Of a stretch of DNA of 64,000 nucleotides, positions 53,700-64,000 are shown piece after piece. This DNA comes from the human T2T-CHM13v2.0 reference genome, Homo sapiens: assembly GCF_009914755.1 (NCBI RefSeq), contig NC_060946.1. One strand, written 5' to 3'. Numbering within the stretch: position 1 is the stretch's first letter; each line of letters opens with the position of its first letter. Made by a program: the position numbers and the translations under genes. A model generated the notes under the pieces. It saw nothing but the letters and a program-made list of their open reading frames with translations, was not told the origin of the DNA and did not search any database.

Positions 53700-54700
53700 C
53701 AGAAGCTTAACAACAGACCGGCCACGTTCGTGTGACCTGATTCTCTCCGGCTTTCAGGACGTCCTGAGGCTGCACCCACGTGGCAATGGTGTCTGTCGCG
53801 CTGTCGCCTGGATCCGGCACCACTAGCGGAGCCGAGCAGAGCCCAGGGCTCCAACGCGTAGGGAAAAGGCTGCGCCGCTCCCGGGGTGGCCCCACGCCCC
53901 TTCTCTGACCTTGAGCGGCGGCGCGGGACGGGGACGGCTCTGCCCGGGACCAGCAGGCCTCGGGCATCCGGGACGCCGGGGCCGCGCTCCAGGCCAGGGG
54001 CGGGGGCGGGAGCGGGGCGGGGGCCGGCGGCGGGGCCGCGCCCTCGGCCACTCCCCGGGGCGACCGGGCGGCTCCACACGCGCTGCGCCCGCCGCCGGCC
54101 CCACGCGCGGCCCATGTCCTCCGCGCCGCGCTCGCCCACCCCGCGGCCCCGCAGGATGAAGAAGGACGAGTCGTTCCTGGGCAAGCTGGGCGGCACCCTG
54201 GCCAGGAAGCGGAGGGCGCGCGAGGGTGAGTGCGCGCCCGCGCCCGCCGACCCCCGGGGACCTGCCCGGCGGTGCCCGCCCTCGGCCCTAGAGCCCCACG
54301 AGGCCGCCCCCGCCCTCCCCCACGCACCCCGCCCGGCCCACGCGGCTGCGCGACCTTCGGGACAGGCCAGGCCTTTGACCCAGGACCCGTAAACACCGGC
54401 CGGGACCTGGCGCGTGGGGCCGCGGTGGCCTCCGGAGTCTGCCAAACGCGCGTGCGGGCGCCTGCGCGGCGGGGACCTCGGGCCACCGTGCGGGGCCCGC
54501 GCCTGCTCTGCCTGCCGGGTGTTCAGCTCTTCCCTGGGCCAGCGGCATAGCCAGCCGCGCGGGGTGACCGTTCATTCCATGAGCAGTGACGCTCACGTGT
54601 GCAGGGCACTCTGGGCAGACACGGCCTGGGGGACCCACTACTGGGTGTTGCGCGGGCGCCCTGCAGGGTGCGGGGCTCAGGGCGTGCAGGGCTGAGGCCT
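53700..54700. promoter_or_regulatory. PARVB: CpG island / main PARVB promoter with GC boxes
   Basis: Very high GC and CpG density. Repeated GGGGCGGG (Sp/KLF-type) boxes at ~53997-54035, just upstream of the first exon. Confidence 0.9.
54114..54225 (+). CDS. PARVB: PARVB main first coding exon: MSSAPRSPTPRPRRMKKDESFLGKLGGTLARKRRARE(V)
   Basis: ATG 54114, G|gtgagt donor. 112 nt. Parvin N-terminal KKDESFLGKLGGTLARK motif. Confidence 0.95.
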
Positions 54701-57371
54701 GGGAGGCCTGCGAGCAAGAATTGCAGAGATCCCATTAAAAATTTTTTTTTTTTAATTTTTTACTGCGTGTGCTCACGAAACACTACCAACTTCGTACGTT
54801 TTAAAGATTGTTAGAGTTGCAAGGGATAGTCTGGTGTCTTTAAGTGTACCGCTTGCCCAGGGCCTCCTGGGAGATACATTCTGGAATTTTCTGCTTGGGT
54901 GGGGAGGTTCTGCCCCGGGACCATGCCCTATAGTGAGATTTCGGATTGGTGAGAGGTGAGGGGAGCTGCTGTGGAAAGGCAGATGGAGAAAGGCCGGCCT
55001 CAGGTGGGTCCCCGGGAAGGAGCCCTCCCATAGCGGGTATGCAGTACGGTTTCCTTAAACCACCTGGGCCTGACATATCCCCTGGGAACTCTTCCTGTGC
55101 CTCCAGGGATTAGTGTACCCCGGGATGCAGGTCCCCCATTCATTTCTTCCCTGGGACTCTTGTATTCCTAGGGATGTGTGTGCCCCGGGAAGACATATGA
55201 CAGATTTGCCTCTAGGCATGTGTGTGCCCCCATGCACCTGCTCCCCAGGATTTTTGTACAGTGCAGGGAACGCTTGGTTCCCCAGACATTTTCTCCCAGG
55301 GATGCCTGTGCCCCCAGGAATGCGTGTCTTCCCACCCGTGATCCTGTTCCAAGAGGGCAGGGTCTTGTCCCCTTCAGTAGGTCTCCTGGCGGATAGGTCA
55401 CTCTTCTCTCAAGCCTTACACTGGAGGACCCACTGTAGCTTGTATTGGTCGGTGTTTGTCACGTCTCCTAAATGACATGATTAGTGGCTGTCACCCTTCT
55501 CTCTATCATCCCCACTGTTCTTCCATGCAGTCATCAGCACCCTCACCAGAAATCATTTCGGTTCCTCTTTATGGCTTGCAACGATTATAGACGCAAGTGA
55601 CGCTCCCCTCCCAATTCAGCCCACAGCCTGTGGAGCGCCCGCCATGGGCCAGGTGCTGCTTAGACCCCAGGAAGAAAAGAGCGGGGGCGGGGTGCTTGCT
55701 TTCGTGGAACGGGGAATGAATACATAGACAACTGGCGCTGTGATGACGTGCCCCGGAGCACATAGAACAGGGCGATCAGAGCCAGGGGAGGCCTCTGAGG
55801 AGGGGACACTTGAGTGGAGGCCAGAAGGAACCAGAGGAAAAAGTCTTTCATAGAATGGCAAGGAACCGGAATGTTCTGGGCTATTGCAGCTTTTTCTAGG
55901 TGCCGTTTACGCTCTCGGAATAGGAAGAACACACACCCAAAGTAATGGACTGGGCCCAAATTCCAAAGTACGCAGTGCTTCTCCTCCTTGCCTGTATGAA
56001 TTGATGTGTGTCTAGAAAATTCAGGCCCAGCCTGGTTTAATTCAAATGCACCAAGAATTCCGGTAGCAGGAAGCATCCTGTGCTGAATAGAACGGGCGTG
56101 GAGGCAGGAGGAGGAGCAGGACGCCGGGCACTGCTGATGCTGCTTTCGCTGGGGGTGAGCTGGGCGCCCTGCCTCGGTTCTCAGGGTTGGGGTGCCTGGC
56201 AAACAGAGGGCCACAAACCCTCCTTGGATCCAGGCACAGGAATTGAGGGACAGGCTGGATTGGGAAGGGTTTAGCGGCTTCTGTGTGGTCTCCTGGGAAG
56301 TGGAAGAGTCAGGAAGACTGGATAATGAGGGCTTGAATAATTGAGAGTCGCTGGTATTTCCGCAAGCCCATTTGCCTTGGCAACATGCGCTTCTGCCATT
56401 CCAGGGTGGAGCAGCCCCTGGCCCTGACTTTGGGCCGTCAGAGCTATGCTCGGTTGCCTACCAGGGAGTGACAGGGCGCTTGGGAGGTTTCCACGACCCT
56501 GCCTGCTGCACCGTCGGCTTCATTTCCTCCTTTGTTAGAAAGTTGAGGGTGGATTTGGGAGAACGGATGTGGCTCCGACATGTTCCTGAGTTGAGGACTC
56601 TAAGGGAGGAGGGGGAAGCTGGGGGAGGGGGCGGGCTCATCGGTGAGGTTCCAGATTCAGGCAGGGGTGTGACAAGGCACGGAGGGACTTTTGGGAGGGA
56701 TGGTTGGGATGAGTGACGTGGCCTGTTCCAGAGGAGAGGGGTTAGGAAATGTGGGGCCCTGGGGTTTGGAGGAAGCAGTGCAGGAAGTGTCTGAGAATGA
56801 GCTTCACGGCGGGCGTGATTAAGGCTGATGTGCTACGGGAGGCGTGTCACGTGGTGGCCTGGGTCAGAAAAGGGAACTGTGACGAACTGTGGGCATTCAG
56901 AAAATGGAAAGGAACGCCGGAAACCCCCAGGGCTCCCCACAGAAGCTCTGGGGACGTGAAAGGACAGCGTGTTTCAAACTTGGGTTCAGCTTTACTGGGG
57001 CTTGGAGGAGCCCGTGTGCAGAGAAGACCAACAACACACAGGGTTCCCCACTGTGACCATGTGATGAGAGGCCCTGTAGGTCCAGTGGGCCAGGATGGAG
57101 GTCGGGGACAGCCCAGCTGCTGCTGGAAGTCCTCAGAGGCGGATGGCCGGCCCTGGCCAGTGTGGAAGAGGTCGGGTGGAGTGCTCCACACATTTGCCAC
57201 AAGAGGCCTGTTCTGTGCTGCACCAGGCACTGGACCTCAGGCGCCACTGCCCAGTGGCCAGGGTCAGGTTTCTCAGAGACAGCTGAAGGCAGCAGGGCGA
57301 GAGCAGCCAGTCTGGAGGTTCTGTCCCTCTTTTCTGAGCAACACATTCAGGAAGTTTCTATCCCCTGATTA

Positions 57372-57716
<345 letters not shown>

Positions 57717-57759
57717 TCATGTGTGTGTATATATATTCACATATATATATTGACGTATA

Positions 57760-59190
57760 TTTTTAAAGCAGTTTTAGGTTTACAGCGAAATCTAGCAAAG
57801 AATACAAAGTGTCCCCACGTATCCCTTCTCACCTCCATCAGTGCCCCCCGGCTGTGTGGTAGAGTCGTGAGCCAACGCTGAGACATCATTATCTCCGCAA
57901 GCTCATAGTTTACATTAGGGGTTGCTCTTGCCGTTGGACATTCTGTGGCTCTGGATGGATGTAGAGTGACATGGACCCACCATTACAGTCACCTCTGGAG
58001 CAGTGTCACTGACCCCAGAATCCTCTTTCTGCTGCCTATGCATCCCTCCGTTTCCCCAAATCCCTGGCAACCACGGATCATTTTTTGTTTTTGTTTTTTT
58101 GGTTTTTGTTTTTGTTTTTTTTACTGTATCTGTGTTTTTGCCTTTTCCAGACTATCATCTAGTTGTGATCATAAAGTGTACAGTAGCGTTTTCAGATTGG
58201 CTTCTTCCACTCAATGATATACATTGAAGGCCCTTCCATGTCTTCTCAGGGCTTGGTAGCTCATTCCTTTTTTGACTGAATAATATTCCGTTGTCTGGAT
58301 GTGCCAGTTTGTTGATCCATTCACCTGCTGAAGGACATCTTGGTTGCTTCCAAGTTTTGGCAGTTATGAATAAAGCTGCTGTGTACATCTACGTGTAGGT
58401 TTTTGTGTGGAGATAAGGTTTTAATTCATTTGAGCTCAATTGCTGGATCGTATGGTAAGAGTGTGTCTCGTTTTGGAAGAAACTGCCAAACTCTCTTCCA
58501 AAGTGGCTGTGCCACATTTATTCACCGGTGGCGAACGAGAGTCCCGGCTGCTCTGCATCCTCACCAGTATTTGGTGGTGTCAGTGTTCTGGATTTTGGAA
58601 TTCTGTTAGGTGTATTGTGGTGTCTTGTTGCTGTTTCAATTCGCATTTCCCTGATGAGGTATGAAGTGGAGCATCTCTTCAGATGCTTATTTGCCATCTG
58701 TGTATCTTCTTCAGTGAAGTGTCTATTAAGGTCATTGGCTCATTTGTATTTTATTTATTTTTATTTTTATTTTATTTTTGAGATAGGGTCTCACTGTAGC
58801 CCAGGCTGGAGTGCAGTGGCACGATCCTGGCTCACTGCAGCCTCAATCTCCTGGGGCTCAAGTGATCCTCATGCCTCAGCTTCTGGAGTAGTTGGGACTA
58901 CAGGCACATACCACCATGCCCAGCTAATTTTTCTATTTTTTGTAGAGATGGGGTCTCGCTATGTTACCCAGGCTGCTCTCAAACTCCTGGACTCAGGAGA
59001 TCCACCTGCCTTGGCCTCCCAAAGTGCTAGGATTACATGCGTGAGCCACAGTGCCCGGCCTTGGCCTATTTTTAAATCTGCTTGTTTGTTTCCTTACTGT
59101 TGAGTTGGAAGTGTTCTTCATATATTTTGGATACAAGTCATGTGTTTTGCAAATATTTTCTCCCAGCCAGCGGCTTGTCTTCCCTGTCTC
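57760..59190 (-). mobile_element. Old L1 (L1MC/L1MB-type) 3' region with an AluJ inserted (~58745-59066)
   Basis: aaagcagttttaggtttacag..., ttgctggatcgtatggtaagagt..., gtggagcatctcttcagatgcttatttgccatc. Confidence 0.75.
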
Positions 59191-59283
59191 TTGATCCTGA
59201 TATCTCCTAAGCATTTGATGTAGAGTTAATGATTAATGAGCAAGATATTGAGACCTCATCAACTAGATCTAAAGAAATCACTA

Positions 59284-59750
<467 letters not shown>

Positions 59751-62700
59751 TTAAGTTTCTTTGTGGACTTTAAATAACCTTCAGGAGAGAAATCTCAAAG
59801 CTCTAAACCAGCAACCGAGAATTTCCTTCAGGGCATCCATCTTTTACACGGAGCCATCAGTTGTGTAGATGATGGGTTGCCCCAAAACACTAAGACGCAC
59901 CAGTGAAGGGAGGGGAGCTGTGGCAGGGGGGCCTGCACTGCCCCCGCCTTTCCCCCCAGCAACGCCTGGGCTGGGAGCTGGGGGTGGGTGAGACCCTGGC
60001 TCAGGCCCCACTCAGGACAGTTTGAGGGACAGGCAGATGGGGGGACTGAGCCATGGGGGTCTCACCACCCAGACTTGGGGTTTTGGGCCTCCCTGGAGGA
60101 AGTGGTCCTGGCTGAATGTCTAGGATGGATGTAAATTAGCCCAGGGAGGGGGAGGGGGCTCCTGAGGAGACCCCCAGGCAGGCTCCCAGTGGCTGAGCAA
60201 CGGTGCAGCCTGTGGGCTGTGGCCAGCCCTGGTCGGGGGCTGGAGAGGTGAGCAGCCCTGGCGTCCCACAAACACAGGAGCTTGGAACCCTTGCTGGGGC
60301 TTGGCAGGGGTGGCCGATTTCAGTGGTGCTTTGGGGAGTGGGGAATGGACGGAATGGGGGAACGGCGGGGAGGCAGGCTGGCAGGAATGTGGCACGGGGC
60401 ACAGGCAGTGCCCCGAGGAGGTGGCGTGGGTGGGCGCAGGCGTGGCTGTGATTTCCACGCTGTTTTCTAGCGGGCTGCAGCCCCTCTGATGCTGAAATGA
60501 AAAAGGACCCAGATCCTTGTTTGTGGGAGGGGTGGGAAAGATTTGCAAGGAGTGTGGTCTCTTTTGGACGATTTTTCAGACTTCTTCTCGTTTCCAGGCC
60601 CTCTGTGCTCACGTGACCCCTCTGATAGCGTCAGGGCCCGTAGAAAAGTGGCTGTGGCATGTTGGGAAGGCCAGCGGGCCTCCTAGCCAACGAAAAGGGG
60701 GAGTGGCTGGTCCGAAGTTGGGGGATATAGACAGGTGAGGTACCAGGGCCATAGTCACTGTGGTTTCTATGGGGAAGAGGGGATGGTGGAGGTCCTATTT
60801 GGAGCTGTTGTGTTGTGAGGCTCTTTACAGACCCTGCCAACAAAGAGAAAGACAATTCCACACTGTTATCTCTAAACCCAAACCTCCTTCGAGCAGAGGC
60901 CGTCTCCGTTTGGGGATGGACAGCTGTTGGTCCAAGAAGGAAAGGCACAGTGAGGTCACTGCGACGCTGCCCAGCACCTTCATGGGAAACGCTCCTCAGG
61001 GTGGTGAGTGGAACTCCCTGGAGACCATTTTCCAGTGAGGGCCTATCTCTTTCCTCTTGGGCTGAGAGGAAGTGGGTGGCTCAGCTACATTTCCTTTGAT
61101 TATTATTCTGACTATAATCTTCAAACCCTACATTTCTCATTGTGTGTTCTGCCCATGCGTTCTGTTGTCCGGGGCAGCAAAGTCGACCTGCACCACGTGG
61201 GTGTTTTTGTTTTCTTTTGTTTTGTTTTGTTTTCTTGAAGGCCTACTAAGAGCTGTCGGAAACTCTGCTTCTGTAGAAAAGGTAAAGGCACTGCTTGGCC
61301 ACAAGTGATGACTCTTCCCTGCCTTTCGGGGCTTGGGGAGGAAGGGCAGGTTCTCGGTGGTTCTCCTAGCACCTTGGTTACAAACCTCCCAGCAGAGTCA
61401 GATCACCTTGGCAACCCCACACTCATCAAAGGGACTCTGCCTTGATTCCCTCCCCACTGCTGTGGAATTAATATCGATTGCACATCCTGAAATTGCTTAC
61501 CCTCGTGCTCCCTGTCCAGTCGTCAGAATAATTAAGGGGTGTTTATTGGATGTAAGTGGGTTCATCCCTGCTGCGAGTATGGATTTTAAGTGCTCCATTG
61601 GATTGATTCCTCCCTGCTGTGGTTGGCACAGGGCAGGTACCTTTACCGAGCTGTTTTCTTCTTTTCGAACATGCGGTTCCATCACATAAAAGACATACCC
61701 TATGAAAATGTCTCTGCCTTAGCTGTACATGTTACACTTTAGGTTTCAGGTGAAAAATTGGTTTATCTCCTAATATGTCTGCTATTTGTTACATCACATA
61801 GAGGCTGCAAAACAGATTAATAAGCTTTGGAGGATATTATAAGCATACGTTGGCCCAATGGTATTAATTTGCTTATCCATACTAATTGCTGTCTTGGTAA
61901 AAGAAGGCGGACACAATGCAATCAATCCTAGAAGTGTTCTGTGGCTTTGCAACTTTGAGATACCTCAGGCTGACATATTCAAATGAGAGCCTTCTCTCTG
62001 GTTACAAGAAAAAAATGGAATGAGCAGCAGTTTTGGCCTCGTCCAGTCTCTAGGGCTCCCAGCATCTGGGTAGTAACATGATCAGCCCTGGGAAACCAGC
62101 GGAGTCTTTTACCTCCTCTGATGTTCTGACTAAGAGTGTCTGGGCCGTGGGGACTGAACGCACCCTTTGAGGCTATGTGTGTTAAAGTTTGGGGGCCCAT
62201 TTCTTCATTTCTAATATGGGGCAGTGTGGGCAGATCCCAGCTCTGCGTTTCTGAGCTGCTGAGTTTGCCCTGGTTCTGAGAATGCCCGTCGCGGTGGTGC
62301 AGTCCGCCTCCTTGCACTGGATCTGTTGCTTCTTCTCTCTAAGCCTCTGTTCCTGATGGTCCCTTGTGGAGCAAAGCAGCACTTGTGGTGTAAGGAAGGA
62401 AAGCCTCATCAGCAATTGAGTGAGCGCTCAATCAGAATTCGTTATGGATGAATGTGGATGACTGGAGGCATTGACGCAGACACCAGAGTCCAGAGCTGGT
62501 ACGTGGTACAGCAGAAGTGGCAAGTCAGCTCAGTTTAGGACAAGTACCTAACCCTGTGTTGAGAAGGATTCTGTGGCTGAGTCTGGGCTTAGGGAAAAAG
62601 AATGCTGGGACCAGTCAGCCACACTACCAGTGTGTATGGAGGGTTAGTTGCTGAGTGGCTGTCACCCCCAGAACAGGAGCCTTTTCCAGCTCTAGTGCTG

Positions 62701-62869
62701 TGTCATTTCAGCAGCACTGGCTGCTTTATTCCCATTGAGTGCCGTGCAACAGCTAGTTGGCTGTTGGTAACAAAAGTTGTGTGAATCGTTTAAGATATTG
62801 CAGTGAGAATGTTGGTATCTTAACTCTTCCCCTAGCTGTCTGTGGCTAGGAAGCATCTCCAGTGCTATT

Positions 62870-63115
62870 GTTTTTTTCTTGAGACAGAGTCCTGCTCTGT
62901 TGCCTAGGCTGGACTGCAGTGGCATGATCTCGGCTCACTGCAGCCTCTGCCTCCTGGGTTCAAGCGAGCACATCCAGCTAATTTTTTATATTTTTAGTAA
63001 AGACAGGATTTCATCATGTTGGCCAGGCTGATCTCAAACTCCTGACCTCAACTGATCCGCCCACCTCGGCCTCCCAAAGTGCTGGGATTACAGGAGTGAG
63101 CCACCACTCCCGGCC
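62870..63115 (-). mobile_element. AluS with internal deletion
   Basis: gggttcaagcga is joined almost directly to catccagctaattttt. Confidence 0.85.
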
Positions 63116-64000
63116 CCCAATACTTTTTTGAGGTATACTTGGCTGAGTAACTGTTTAGCGTGTGCAGAGAAGCAGGTGTTTCTGAGCTGGAATTCCTTGT
63201 ACCCAGAAATGTGAGGGCAACTCACATGGGCACCAGGAGGCATTTTTGCCTTCCTCACCAGCCTACGGCATCAGAGAACATTTGTCAGTCTCTGAGTGGG
63301 AGTTCTTTACGCTTGCCTGATAGTAGTTGGAGGCCTGCTCCTTTAAGCTTTGCCACTTGAAGTGATGAGCTTGGTTTTGGCCTTTGAACCTTTACCTGCC
63401 AGCCACCCACAATCAGTCGGTAATGTTGGTTTCCCCAAGCAACGCCATCTTAGGAATTTCTTTGCTTGTTCTCTTACAAAGTCATGCATTATTATACTTG
63501 TTTTCATTTGAAAAATTACAGTTCCACAGGATCTAGACTTGAATGTTAAGCTATTAAAAAGTTAAAGAGGGAGTGAAAATGTTAGCACTCCTAGGGCCTG
63601 CGTACGTTGCTTGCTCAAATCCAGACGCTCCTGGAAGCAGCTGTCTCAGCGGAGCTCTGTCTGCCCTTGTTGTTTTCTGCTTCTCAAGTTACTCCAGACT
63701 CCAGGGAACTAGAACTGACCAGGCCCCACTTTAAACATGTGGATGGAGTGCCCCTGACAAGGCTGGAGAAAGGGGGAGGTCCGGGGCGGGGCCTCATGCG
63801 CATATGGTATTCAGAGTTTATTTTTGCTATAAATGGAATTTGAAGAATATATATATATATATGAACATACAAATAAAAATATATAAAGAATATATGTATA
63901 AAGAATATAAAGAATAATTTTGGAATTCATTGCATTGTGTCTGCATTCTTTTACTGCAACAGCAATTATAATTATAATTATATTATAAAGAATATATATT

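Noticed and set aside
53630-54638. Long Gly/Arg/Ala/Pro-rich ORFs on both strands (up to 271 aa)
   Set aside because: Stop-codon depletion in a CpG island. Only 54114-54225 matches a recognisable protein with a proper donor site.

Overview
This is human (primate) genomic DNA that I recognise as the 22q13.31 SAMM50-PARVB locus, with both genes on the + strand. Bases 1396-26176 hold the last 11 coding exons of SAMM50 (codons 108-469 plus stop, all GT-AG and phase-consistent), followed by a short 3' UTR with AATAAA at 26301. About 2.8 kb downstream are two upstream coding exons of the long PARVB isoform (29134-29204, 29327-29466). The main PARVB CpG-island first exon is at 54114-54225, and the rest of PARVB lies beyond the window. 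Introns and spacers are dominated by Alus plus L1/L2/MIR, MaLR and ERV1 solo LTRs, and hAT/Tigger DNA-transposon fossils, many of them nested. I found no convincing previously undescribed biological system. The most interesting observations are: (1) three coding differences from the canonical proteins as I recall them (SAMM50 G110 and V345, PARVB long-isoform R37); (2) a frame-compatible SAMM50 exon 14 to PARVB read-through splice that would remove the Sam50 beta-signal; (3) a templated-insertion scar that creates a ~150-bp inverted repeat at 51.4-51.9 kb; (4) a very degraded RTE-clade reverse transcriptase fossil in SAMM50 intron 12; and (5) several structurally rearranged Alus. Gene, variant and repeat-family names come from memory rather than database searches, and repeat boundaries are approximate unless TSDs are given.
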